Source: Octopus vulgaris
Taxonomy: Eukaryota
Assembly (NCBI GenBank): GCA_951406725.2
Contig: OX597819.1
Location: 91,822,001 to 91,886,000, forward strand
Direction of reading: 5' to 3'
Length of the DNA: 64,000 bases
In this document: positions 1-13,004 of the stretch, piece after piece
Numbering within the stretch: the first letter of the stretch is position 1
Layout: every line of letters starts with the position of its first letter
Notes under the pieces: generated by a model
The model's database searches: none
The model's input: the letters and a program-made list of their open reading frames with translations, nothing else
Told to the model about the DNA's origin: nothing
Program-made: the position numbers and the translations under genes

Positions 1-50
1 GTAACTTCGTTACTATGGCAATAATCCGGATACTTATTGATCAGACCACG
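1..50. mobile_element. Terminal inverted repeat of a mariner-derived element (same family as 59224-60070)
   Basis: cttcgttactatggcaataatccggatacttattgatcagaccacg followed by TA matches the right end at about 60025-60070. Confidence 0.7.
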
Positions 51-455
51 TACATTGCTTTGGTTTAATATTAGAACTCTTTTACATTTATAGATGTGGG
101 TTTGAATCCCGCGAATAGCTTTCAACTTTTTCTTAATAAAAGGTTTCCGAGCACAATGTCTACAGTCTATTATTCACAACTTTATCTGTTTTGAGTCCCA
201 CCCTTAAAAACGAATTATTTTACGTTCGCTCGAAGTTTCTAAATTGTTATGACGTATGCAACATGTAATTTTCGCTGGTAAAAACAGACCATGTAGAATG
301 GATAGAGAAATTTGAAGGATTGCTTTGGTTCAGTGGTAGAAATTCTGTCATGCTTAAGAAAGATGTACGTTCAATTCCCATAAGCACTCAAGGACTTTTA
401 TCCCATGGAGTTTATCACAATATTATTTATTGCATTATCTACCTCGAGTTCTATC

Positions 456-500
<45 letters not shown>

Positions 501-508
501 CATACACA

Positions 509-726
509 CGAGGGGTTGCTGAAAAGTCCCTGGCTTTAAGGGTATCACAAAAGGCCTGGCTGGAGACCCAACCTTCAGAGTTCTTTTACAGGGCTTAGAA
601 AAAACTGAAGGACCGTGGCAATAAGTGTGTGAATCTGAGATGGAAATAAGTTGAATTAAATCGTAATTAACCGATCCTTCTATATTTCCTTTTACCCAAA
701 GCCAAAAACTTTTCACCACCTCTTCG
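509..726 (+). mobile_element. About 220-bp mariner-derived MITE (family M1)
   Basis: TIRs cgaggggttgctgaaaagt...acttttcaccacctcttcg followed by TA. Interior encodes a decayed mariner C-terminus (KLKDRGNKCVNLR). Four more copies in the window. Confidence 0.75.
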
Positions 727-1147
727 TATATATATGAAAACATTGTTCACGTAAAAATTGATGGAGTTTGTAATTCGTAATACTTCTGCTTCAAGCCTTG
801 CTTAAATTTTCCCTTTTGTTGTTTAGGTAATTCTGACACTTTTTGAGCTTTACTTCTGTTTCATTCTGATCATTATTGTCACTACTTAGTAGTTCTCTTT
901 TTAACTCATATCGAACATTGAAATCTTAGAATTTTTACGTTTTCAACACAAACACAACACACACACACACACACGTGTTTAATCGTTCATACCTAGATAC
1001 AATGCGTTTAATCTTTTGATTTATGCCCTATTAATAATTAATACATATTTGCGTTTTGGCTAAAATTTCATGAAACGAAGAAAGAAAATATCGTATTTCT
1101 GTTGAACAAAGATGTTAGCATATAAGTCCTCCCACCCAAAATTCCAT

Positions 1148-1487
1148 AGGCGCAGGCGTGGCCGTGTGGTAAGAAGCTTGGTTCCTAACCACATACCTCC
1201 GGCTTCAGTCCCACTGTGTAGCACCTTGCGCAAATGTCTTCTACTATAGTCTCGGGCCGACCAAAGCCTTGTGATTGGATTTGGTAGACGGAAACTGAAA
1301 GAAGCCACCATCGCATGACAACCGATATTGGTGTGTTTACATCCCCGTAACTTAGCTGTTCGGAAAAAAGACCGATAAAATAAGCACTAGGCTTACAAAG
1401 AATAAGTCCTGGGGTGGATTCATTCAAGTAAAGGCAGTGCTGCAGCATGGTCGCAGTCAAATGACTGAAACAAGTAACAGAATAAAA

Positions 1488-1490
<3 letters not shown>
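1148..1490 (+). mobile_element. tRNA-headed SINE family A; this copy lacks the internal microsatellite
   Basis: A-box-like tggccgtgtggt, B-box-like ggcttcagtccc, tail gcagtcaaatgactgaaacaagtaa. Many copies in the window. Confidence 0.8.
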
Positions 1491-1536
<46 letters not shown>

Positions 1537-1557
1537 TGTGTGTGTGTGTGTGTGTGT

Positions 1558-1781
1558 GAAACCCTTCTGTCCGGCATTCGCCTTGATAGATCGGTAGCCA
1601 CTACACACATTTTTTTCTTTCCTTGTTTCTCTCCTTGTCTCTTTCTGTGTTCCTTTCTGTGGAAGAGCGTAGGCTCGAAATATTAACGACTTTTTTTTAA
1701 ATTCCTGGGCGTTATACTAATACATCTGTTTGTTTTCTACACCACCTGTCTTCGTCTTTTGTTTTTTTTTGTGAATTCTCC

Positions 1782-1783
<2 letters not shown>
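1558..1783 (+). mobile_element. About 220-bp hammerhead-bearing element between microsatellites (family H), degenerate core
   Basis: CTGTGGA-A-GAGC-gtag-GCTC-GAAA at 1657-1680. Related to 19630, 39530, 43595 and 60865. Confidence 0.55.
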
Positions 1784-1856
<73 letters not shown>

Positions 1857-2145
1857 TTATAAGTTTTCGGTTTAAAATAAACTGACATGCCCATCCTCTT
1901 TTTGTTATCTGTTGTTATTATAAACATTTCATAAGTTGCTGAGCTGCAAATGTGGCGAGCTACGAAAAACTGGCTGCACCGGAATCAGCGGAGCAGGCTG
2001 GGTGTGGTAGAATAAATAAATATTCTTTAATAGAAGAAGAACAGAATAGCAAATTTCGTCTGCCTCCACTTTTCTCCGTATATTTATGACAAGAATCAGG
2101 ATATTACCCTTTTACTTTCCACGAAGTCATCGGATGACCGGCGAA

Positions 2146-2216
2146 CCACCACCACCACCACCAAAACTACCAAAACCACCACCACCACAACCACCACCAC
2201 CACCACCACCACCACC

Positions 2217-2272
<56 letters not shown>

Positions 2273-2312
2273 CACCACCACCACCACCACCACCACTACT
2301 ACTACTACAACA

Positions 2313-2371
<59 letters not shown>

Positions 2372-2372
2372 C

Positions 2373-2433
<61 letters not shown>
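2146..2433. repeat. Compound (CCA)n/(CTA)n trinucleotide microsatellite
   Basis: Seen directly; produces spurious poly-P/L/V ORFs. Confidence 0.95.
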
Positions 2434-2434
<1 letters not shown>

Positions 2435-2524
2435 GTTCTCCTATATAATTTTATAGTTATTTTTTTCCTGATAAGGCCGAGTCGTCTGCGACTCATTGTC
2501 TCTTTTTTTGCCGATTAAAACTTC

Positions 2525-2598
<74 letters not shown>

Positions 2599-2649
2599 AC
2601 GCGCGCATATAAACGTGTTAAACAAGATTTTAGCAGCCAAATGTTCATA

Positions 2650-2880
2650 CAGCACTGTTGCACTCATGATCTCTAGATCGTGGGTTCGATTTCCAGACCA
2701 GAGTGAGGCGTTGTGTTCTTGAGCAAAACACTTCATTTCAGTCTGCCTTTTGATCAGAGGAGGATTTGGGTCTGCCAGTCTATCTTGCAGGGTGGCGTTA
2801 TTCGAAGGTTAAAACGATGCAAAGTGCATTGTGACCAGCGATGTGTAACAATCTTGTCGATCACGTGACCATGTGATAAA
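2650..2880 (+). mobile_element. SINE family B variant with an alternative 3' tail
   Basis: B-box gggttcgatttcc plus gcgttgtgttcttgagcaaaacacttcatttca shared with 22279 and 44375. Confidence 0.6.
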
Positions 2881-3733
2881 AAATATAACAAGACTTTTGT
2901 GTTTTTTTCTGTTATTTATTTCATATTTACAGTATTCTTTAAGTACACAATTAAAATTAAGCATGTATAGAATAGATATAATCAAAGATTTCTTAGGAAC
3001 CAAGAAAATGTAAAAATCTGTAGTTAAATCATGGTCTTTAATGGGTTAAATTGTTCCAATGTCTGCATGATTGGTAAAACTTATACAGTGAAACGTTTGA
3101 TAGCCAGAAGCTAAGTTAATAAAGGTGGTGGAGGTGACGGTTGCAATGAATGATGGTGAAAGTGGTGATGATGGTGACGATGATGGTGATGATGATGGTC
3201 ACGTGAATAGGTGGTAATGGCATAGCATAAAAGGATGGATCTGAAGCAGTCTAAAGTAATGCAATTAATAAAGAAATAATTAAGTTACTAGCTGTGTAGG
3301 TGCTAGGACATATTGAAGTATAAACAAGAACTACGTCACCGCCGCCACCACCACCACCAGCACCACCAGCACCACCAGCACCACCAGCAAGACCACCACC
3401 ACCACCACCACCACCACTACCATCATCATCATCATCATTGACGACGACAACAACAACGACAACGAATGAAAAATCCGGGTCAAGAAATTCTATGGCTGTC
3501 TGGCTCTTTTTCCGGCATTTCTTGTATCTATTATCAGGACCGGATATTTTGAACTAGCTCTGCTGCTGATTCACACATCTTTTGGATTTTAGAATAAAGC
3601 AAGATGGATGCATTTTATCGTTCACTTATTCTCTGTTTTATTCTGTATTCAGTTGTAATGGAAGTCAGACTAGTGAGGCGGCGCAATCGTAACCGCATTG
3701 GTCAACTTCAGCATGTATACATACGCACACACG

Positions 3734-3801
<68 letters not shown>

Positions 3802-4574
3802 TTTGTATATATATATACGCATTCACATACGCACATGCACATATATGCATACATGCTGGCATTATATACGCCTAAACGGATGCTTGCGTGCGCCTAAGCG
3901 TGCGTGTGTGTGTCTGTGTGTGTATGCATGTGTCTGTGTGCGTATGTGTGTGTCTGTGTGCGTCTGTGTGTGTGTGTGTATCGGCTAGCTGAAAGGTCGG
4001 AAATTCAATTATATATTCTACATTTACAATGCATTGAATTCCTTTTGGAAGTGTGAGCTCTCTCTCTCTCTCTTTCTCTCTCCCTCACTCTCTCTCTCTC
4101 CTCTCCTCACACAAGCACACACAAATTCTCATACGCGCGCGCGCTCGCACACACGCTGATACATACACAGATAGATAATAGTTGCTTATGCAGTCACAGA
4201 CATTATATTAATGTAAATAGATACTTGCTGATCTATCTATCAGTCTATCTGTGTGTGTGTGTGTCCGTCTGCCAGGTGTGTGAATATGTAGTGCGGAGCC
4301 CACGCTCACAGACGTTCACATGTACATTAAAATCCCCGCTTAATACTCTCTCTCTCTCTCTCTCTTTCTCTCTCTTTCTCCCATTCACAAACACACACAC
4401 ACAGACACACACACACATACACACACAGACACATACGCACATACACACATACACACACAGATGTTCAAAGGTACAGTTAAGTCCATTCTCTAGTGTACCC
4501 TCGTTCAAACATACGGTGAAAGCAAAGAAGGAACATAGATTAATTGAAAGAGGGAGAAAAAGACAGACAGACAG

Positions 4575-4671
<97 letters not shown>

Positions 4672-4850
4672 GAATGGTGTGGGGTGCCATACAGGCAGAG
4701 TAACAGAAGCGAACGTACACAACCATAATTTATAGTTTGTAGTTTCGGAATTTGTAGGTCGGAAATGATTAATAGAATTCACAGTTGTGTTTACAACCAG
4801 ACATACATTAATGAACAGCTGTTCCATACCAACGTTAATTTGTATAGCAA

Positions 4851-4894
<44 letters not shown>

Positions 4895-5107
4895 TGTTTG
4901 TGTGTGTATGTGGTGTGTGTGAGTGAGTGAGTGAGTGTGTATGCATGGGCGTGTGGGATTACGTGCGCTGATGTATGAGTCTTTGGCTATGCATTTATCT
5001 GCACAGGTAAACATGTAAAACCACACACAATCACATATATGTATGCATGCATTTATATACATATATATATATGCGTTGTGTGTGCGCGCGCGCGTGTGTG
5101 AATGTAT

Positions 5108-5135
5108 GTCTATCTATCCATCTATCTATCCAGCC

Positions 5136-5224
<89 letters not shown>

Positions 5225-5237
5225 CCTACCTACCTAC

Positions 5238-5304
<67 letters not shown>

Positions 5305-5401
5305 CCTACGTACGTACGTACGTACCTACCTACCTACCTACCTACCTACCTACATACCTACCTACCTACCTACCTACCTACCTATCTATCTATCTATCTA
5401 C
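5108..5401. repeat. (TCTA)n/(CCTA)n tetranucleotide microsatellite
   Basis: Seen directly. Similar arrays near 10525-11120, 12090-12260, 34955-35065 and 49080-49385. Confidence 0.95.
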
Positions 5402-5984
5402 TTCGTAAATCTCGAGTTAAATTCGTAGAGACTTACAGCTCAGTAAATACACCATATACATATGTTACGTCAATACCTCTTAACGATAGCAACAACACAT
5501 TAACCTGACAACAGTGCAGTTGTTTCAATATATAAATTTAGCTTCTCCAACGTAAGAGTAAGTGAATTACAGTGGTTTTAATATAAATATTAACACGTAA
5601 AAACAAAGTTAAGCATTAGCAAAATAGCAATAACGAACTAAGTGTAGTTGTTGGAAGCATTAATAGATATAAAATGAGAAAATGTGACACAGCAGAGGAT
5701 GGAAAAGGAGAAATATAATGGAATGTATGAGGAGAAGAACCGAAGCATATTTGGGGTTATCAGCTTGGTAAAGTATCGAACTGTTATTTCTCCGCATTAA
5801 GAGCCTACAACTCCGGTGTTATTGACATATGATTAGAATATCGCAGGAAAGAAGCGCAAGACGGATTTTTCAAGCCGAGACAAAATGGCTGGAGACCTAA
5901 GCGTATAACAATAACGAAATGGTTGAATTATGTCCACAGTCTTAGTTGGTCCCGTCTGAGATTCCAGCTGGAAAGTCTAATGAG

Positions 5985-6228
5985 GGTTACTTCAGATAGG
6001 GTGCTAAGGAAAAAGTGTTCGAAGCTTCTATACCTGCGAACCTCTCAAAAATCGGGATGGGTATGGTTATATGGTTATGAAGATCGTTTTGCAACCACGA
6101 GATTTTGGTTACTTCAGATAGGGTGCTAAGGAAAAAGTGCTCGAAGCTTCTATACCTGCGAACCTCTCAAAAATCGGGATGGGTATGGTTGTATGGTTAT
6201 GAAGATCTTTTTGCAGCCACGAGATTTT
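5985..6228. repeat. Direct tandem duplication of a 122-bp unit
   Basis: ggttacttcagatagggtgctaagg...ccacgagatttt occurs at 5985 and 6107 with few substitutions. Confidence 0.9.
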
Positions 6229-6620
6229 GGGATCAGTCCCATTGAGTGGCACTTTCGCCAGATGTCTTTAGTTTATAGGTCCGGGACAACTAAACTATCT
6301 TAGTTTGGAAGACGGAAACTGCGTGGAAGCCCGTCGTGTGCGCGTGTGCGCGCGCGTACATATATATATATGAATATGCATATGCAACATACATATACCT
6401 ATAAACGTATCTTTGCGTATGAGTTTGTCCTCACCAACAGCTTGACAACCGGTGTTGGTTTGTTTGCGTCACTGTAACTTTGCAGAACGGCAAGAAAATG
6501 ATAGAATGAGCACCAGACTTAAAATCAAATTAAGCTCAGGAGTTAAACTCTTCAAGATGTTATCTTAGCATGAGCGCAGTTTAATGACCGGAAAAAGTAA
6601 AAAGTAAAGTATAAAATATA
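6180..6620 (+). mobile_element. Degenerate SINE family A
   Basis: gacggaaactg..gaagcccgtcg, then a microsatellite, then cttgacaaccggtgttggt and the tail. Confidence 0.65.
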
Positions 6621-8889
6621 AAAAAAATCCGTCCGATCTCCGTCCGTTGTCCGTCTGTCTGCCTGATTATCTGTCTGTCTGTTTGTCTATTTATTTCACA
6701 CATACAGAAAGCAAGCACAAGCGTGTACGGGCACATGCGAGGGGATCGAGTGCAACATTTTTAAAGGGTCAAACTAGTGCCTTGGAGTATTTGTTCTAGT
6801 TCTATGCATTCTACGTTGAAATTTTGCAAGTATTAGCGTTTCCGATCATCCTCGTGAGGTCAATAAAATCAAGCACCTGTCAAGTACAGAGTGTCAGTTA
6901 CTTTCCTGACCTCAGAATCGGTCAAATTTTGTCTGGTTATAGTGATTTTAAATAACAAGAATCGCTAGCCTACGATTCGAGATGGGCTTCAACTTGGGGC
7001 CAGCAAGTTCTAAGAAAAGCTAGCTTTCTTGAGAAACAGACTTAAGAGAAACAAAGAAAACCTTTGCAATTCTAAACAGGCACAGCAGGCGTGGATGGAC
7101 CGCTGTGTCCCAAAGCACGGGATAAACTAGAGACTAAAGATGTATTTACAAGCAGTCATATAACAATAATTGAAATGACTCAGTTCTTGTTTAATTACTG
7201 ATTTGACCCACCTCAGATAAAATCCAATGGAGTTTGAATTCAGAATATTATGAAACAAACTAATCAGTTACTCTACCGTTTTTACAACTCTGCCGGCGCC
7301 TTCTAATTAAAGACAGATTTTTTTCTTGATATGAGTATAGTCTGAATTAATGTTTTCATACTCACAATATTTATTAAACTAATCCAGAATAACCTACCCG
7401 CTTGTTCCAAACAATTCTTTAAGTATAATGCAAGGCCAGACTCAAAGAAATCGTGTTCTTTATAGAATATTACATAGCTTTGATGAAACTTTCTCCGCCC
7501 TTATCAAAGTTGCAAAAAACAATCATCTACATGCGTAAATAGCGCCTAAATATATGAAATGTTGAGTGACAATGTGTCATGTACCAAGTTTTCGTATGCA
7601 TCTCGTTCCTTATCTAAGCTAATATAAATATAGCTGTCGTTTTTATGTTGTTTACTATTCCTCACAATTTAAAACAGGTATTCCTGGGGCAGTGGGGACG
7701 TGTGTCAATGGTTAAAAGTCGCTGGTTGAGCGAGAAACTGCTAAAACGGGTATCTTAAGCTATATACTTTAATGATAAGGAAAGATAACTTCATTCTGAA
7801 CAGACGATCCATTATATTTTTGTAAGCGTATTTATGCTCTCTTCTGTTTTTGATTACTTGAAGTCTTCCTGCAAAGAAGGAGCTGGAATGTAGATAACAA
7901 AAACAATGTCACATTTTGAACTTGAGAAACCTCATGCATACTTTTACTGTTTCGCCAACAGATTACAGTTGTAATGTGCGTATTTGCTGGTTGATTTCTT
8001 TCTTTCTTCGGAAAACCGTAGTTTTTTTAGTACTAACGTTATTTTAAAAAGATTATCGCCGATAGAAGATACGGTTTCCATTCCAGAGTTAAGACTTTTC
8101 ATCGGAATTTTGATAAGTTCAACTTAGTATATATTTATGTATGTAGGATGTATGTATGTATGTATGTATGTATGTATGTATGTATGTATGTATGTATGTA
8201 TGTATGTATGTATGTATGTATGTATGACTACTTATGCATGCATCTATATACGTATGTCTGCATGTTTGCTATTGTTATGTGTTAGATATGTATGTGATAC
8301 ATATATGTATGATGCATGTCTACACTGTATATATATATACTTACTACAGGTTTCTCGATAGTTGGACAAAATTTCAGTTTCACTAATGGATTCTAGATGT
8401 AACTTTTTTACTTAACCATGTTCGCGAATAACTGCGTATCAAAATTAATACTGTAATTGATATATAAATAAGTGCTCTAGTAATTGCTTCGATAAAAGTA
8501 TAATAAAGATATAGTTCTGCAAATTTCTCATCAGTTCGGGTACGAGATGTTTCAGCACAACGGTCTGGGCTCACCTCTTTGGCGTTACTGATTCGACGCC
8601 GACTTATTTGACATCGAACGTTTTAAAGTTCCAATCGTTCTCTATCCTATCTCTCTCTAATTATAGGAATGAAGAGAGGGAATTTGTTTATTTCAGTCAT
8701 TTTTAATTTATAAATTGTACTGTTTCTCTCCATTGTCTTACACTCTCAGTATGTATGTGTAAGTTTCTGCGCACCCGTGATTTTGAGTGTGTGTGTGCAT
8801 TTGCCTCCTGTGTCAAAACGTACTGTCGCTAAACAAGTTGACTATCCAGTCAGCCGTGCCAAATCGCTATAATAATAATAATAATAATA

Positions 8890-9060
8890 ATGATCCTTTC
8901 TACTATAGGCACAAGGTCTGAAGTTATGGGGAAAGGGATTAGTCGATTACATCGACTTGGTGTTTCACTGGTACTTAATTTATCGACTCCGAAAGGATGA
9001 GAGGCAGAGTCGATCTCGGCGGAATTTGAACTCAGAACCTTACGAAGGGCGAAATACCAC
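8890..9060 (-). mobile_element. SINE family C (Meta-domain-like core) with an (ATT)n tail
   Basis: Reverse complement of ttctgagttcaaattccgccgag..tcatcctttcgg..gataaattaagtaccag. Confidence 0.75.
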
Positions 9061-9239
9061 TAGTTGATCTATATGTGTGAGAATAGCATTTCTTTTAGAA
9101 ATGCTGTATATAAAACACGATGTGTTTTAATATTTTGGTATGAGCTCTGAGCAGTTTGTGTGGAATTTAAAATAGTAAAGATTGTGAATTTAGCATCAAC
9201 GAGCCTTGACTTTCATAGTCATATCTTCAAAATAAAGTG

Positions 9240-10300
9240 TTGCTGTCTCCTATAGCGGACAAAGTAAATGTGGTTGGTGTAGACATTACAGCCGAAATAA
9301 AACTTATGACGATAAAGTTTTATGTCCGCGTGGAAATATCTACTTCGAAAAGCATTTACATTCTCCTTCATAAAGAAAGCAGTAAATGATTAACAACGGC
9401 TAACAAACTAATTGATCATATAACAATAGAACAATATAGTCACAAATACAAAGCAATAATATACCCAGAACTACAAAAATATACTACTTGAATCAAATGA
9501 CTGTTAATTATAAAAACAGATCAAGTCGCTTGATCTGGACGTCCTGAGAATGGGGGGAGGTCGAAAAAGATCGCCCACGCTGGAGACAAATACTTGGAAA
9601 GGCGATGAAGCGAGGGAAAGAGAAGCAGGAACTTGCCACCAAAGAAAAACGCACTCGACGAAAGGAAAATCCTGTATCGCTGGTAGAGGGCTTCTTCAAA
9701 TGCAGTCGCTGTATGCATGACTGTCACTCACGTGTGGGCCTCTATAGACACAACAGATGCTGCACCACCACTAGCAGCTGACACAATTTCTTCGGACGCA
9801 ATCCATGGTCTCTCGAGGCCGATGGATGCCTATCCATAAAAACAGATGACCATATGAAAATCTCTGAAAGTAGAATACAGACTGTATAAGTCTACTAAAC
9901 CATGAACTAACATTAATGATATACCACAAAAAAAAAAAAAAACTGAAATTACAAACCTTTTGTATCAACAAACCTAAACCGCATTAACCCTCGAACAAGC
10001 CACTGTTGACGAATGTGATTTATGAATTCAATTGCAAACTGGAAAATTATAAACGTTACTATTTCAAATATATAATCAAAACGTGGCAGTTTCCCGCCGT
10101 ATCATCACGTACGAACGTGAAGGAACAACACCAATGTATTATACAGCACAAAACTCGAAAAAACAAAAAATACTGATGGATAACACATCTATATTCAACA
10201 GAATTTCTCCTGAAAGGAACTGATTAGCAACGGAAAAAGTATTTATGAAACGGCACAGTATTAAAATAAACACACACACAACATAACCACTTCACATCTG
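9240..10300 (+). mobile_element. Decayed Penelope-like retroelement (RT thumb/linker and GIY-YIG), interrupted by an RTE fragment
   Basis: Broken frames give LHKE..MINNG, ELTLMIYH, TNVIYEFNC..KYI..T, SRRIIT, LMDNTSI and KINT, resembling PLE C-terminal endonuclease motifs. Confidence 0.55.
9505..9830 (+). mobile_element. 3' end of an RTE-clade LINE
   Basis: Frame WGEVEKDRPRWRQIL...FKCSRCMHDCHSRVGLYRHTRCC gives a C-terminal C2H2-type finger, followed by a short 3' UTR ccatggtctctcgaggccgatggatgcc. Confidence 0.75.
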
Positions 10301-10686
10301 CTTGATAAGGTATAAACCTGACGGTTAAAACTTCAAAATTTGATGTAATGCCTATACCTATATATTACCCGTGCATGTTATAAAGAGGAAAGCACAAATA
10401 CCGCCGTCCCTTCATTATGAAGATGAGGCTGTGTTGATCCCGAAGTCATGACTATAGATTTAGGAAACTCACCGTTCTAAACGGTTCAATTCAATGCAGA
10501 TCCAATACAATTTTGGGAACAAAAACATTTCGATAAAATACATTGTATGTATGTATGTATGTATGTATGTATGTATGTATGTATGTATGTATGTATGTAT
10601 GTATGTATGTATGTATGTATGTATGTATGTATGTATGTATTTATGTATGTATGTATGTATGTATCTGTCTATCTATCCGTCTGTCA

Positions 10687-10762
<76 letters not shown>

Positions 10763-10891
10763 CTATCTCTAGCTAGCTAGTTAGCTGTTTGTCTTATCCA
10801 TCCCTCCATCCATCCTTCTTTCTGTCTGTTTTTTTTTATGTCTGTCTTTCTGCCTGTCTATCTGTAAGTCTGTGTCTGTCTGTCAGTCTGT

Positions 10892-10998
<107 letters not shown>

Positions 10999-11083
10999 CC
11001 TGTCTGTCTGTCTGTCTGTCTCTCTGTGTTTGTCTGCCAGGCTATCTATACGTTTGTCTATCTATCTCAATTATCTATTTCTT

Positions 11084-11123
<40 letters not shown>

Positions 11124-12089
11124 CACTTATTTCCTCTTACTTACACACTTCATATGTATACTTGCATTTCTCTCCATCAAATGAGAAGACATCAGTAAGT
11201 ATCTATATATAATATATAGCCGCAAGAAATTTAACGGTGTTCATTGCAAGAGACTTCCTGGGAAGTCAAAGAGTGCTGTATTCTTGTATACACAGTTAAT
11301 TGCATTGTATTCTCATCTCTGGTTTACTATGGTTCCAGGTAAAAATGTCCAGACAATGGCGCTGTAGCTATGCCGTGTGGATATACATGAGTGTAAATAT
11401 GCATATGCGTTTATGTACGGTGCATGTGAGTTGGTGTGTATGTTTGTAGATACAGGTACACACACACACACACACACACACATATAGGTACGTTTGCGTT
11501 TATATATGTGTTTGCACACAGACAGACATAAACACACATGTACTTATCTTCATATCTACATATATATATATAATGTTGCCTAACTTGGCCACATCCCGGA
11601 GCCTGATACCTATACAGGAATACAAGAATAGATAAAATGAAGAATGCATAATTGTGTTTGATTGTATGAGTGAAGGGTTCTTTCACAGTCGCTTATATGC
11701 ATGAAGTAGTTTACAAGTCTAATTTCTTCATTCATATAAACATATATATATGTACAGATACAACATTATATATACGCATAATACACTACGCCCACTATAA
11801 TTCTTTCTCCACAATTGTATTAGGTTCTCCATTTTCTTAGCAGTAATGCTGAGCACACTTAGCTTACATTTCTGACCTCTGCCTGCATCTGTTCATACAT
11901 ATACATATATATACACGCAAACACATATACATACATACATACATACATACCTACACGCACACACACACACAGACACACACACACACACACACACATATGA
12001 GGATATTGTTGTGTATGATAATATCAGTAGTTTAGCATGCGTAAAAATCCCATATTGTTTCATTAGGAGTCTTTATTGTGACATTTCAC

Positions 12090-12172
<83 letters not shown>

Positions 12173-12526
12173 GTCTGTCTGTCTGTCTGTCTGTCGGCCT
12201 GCCTGTTTTCTGTCTGTCTGTCTGTCTGCCTGCCTGTCTGTCTGCCTGTCTGTCTGTCTGTCTATATACACACACACATACATATACACATACATATAAA
12301 TAATACATATATACACACATTCATACATATATATATATATAGCACACACACATATATTAATAATCAAGGGTACTGACAAGTAGTATCGGCATGCTAAATA
12401 TAGCAGTCAAAATGACCAAACCACAAATTTTCACATAAACACAAAGGTGAAAGCGGGCAAATGAATAAAAATCCTAAAACCCCGTACCAATGACGAAAAT
12501 ACTCGAAAAATGAAGAAGCCAGACAT

Positions 12527-12580
12527 ACCCGTATCACCGTGATTTCGAACTTGGAGAAAAATAGTTCATATTCAGCAAGT
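12527..12580 (-). ncRNA. Type I hammerhead ribozyme motif (core G8U, probably inactive)
   Basis: ACTTG-CTGAATA-T-GAACT-loop-AGTTC-GAAA-TCA-cgg-TGA-TA-CGGGT. All three stems pair. Confidence 0.7.
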
Positions 12581-12761
12581 CTTAATGACCCCAAGATTAA
12601 AGAGATCATTCATTATAATATTATCATAAGCAATAATATCTTAATATATATTTAAATAATTCTTATTCACTTCGATAACTTTTCTTAAATTTGCTGCGGC
12701 AAACACTGTCATCGTACACATTGGTGAGCTGAATAATTTCTACAATCCTAGGGTCAGTAAG

Positions 12762-12819
12762 ACACATTGAAGATGAACTAAGAGTATTTCTCAAAGTTTG
12801 AAATCACGATGATACGGAT
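12762..12819 (+). ncRNA. Type I hammerhead ribozyme motif, inverted paralogue of 12527-12580
   Basis: TTGAAGA-T-GAACT-loop-AGTTT-GAAA-TCA-cga-TGA-TA-cggat. Stem I is decayed. Confidence 0.6.
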
Positions 12820-13004
12820 TCACCCAAAAACTGAAGAATCTGAAATAAAAAAAAGAAAGGACGTTACAGAGAGTAATGAAAACATAACAATGGTGTTTAC
12901 CATATTGTGAAAACCTGCTGGGAAGAGTAATTTGTTTATATTCATATGCTAAAGATATCTTTTAATCCACATCATTAACTGGTTGTTATATTATTGATAT
13001 TTCC

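Noticed and set aside
2086-5508. Poly-P/L/V, YIYI, THTH and LSIY ORFs here and throughout the track
   Set aside because: These are stop-free microsatellite frames with no coding signal.
8520-8575. CTGATGA and GAAA motifs on the minus strand as a hammerhead
   Set aside because: Stems I and II cannot form in any permutation.
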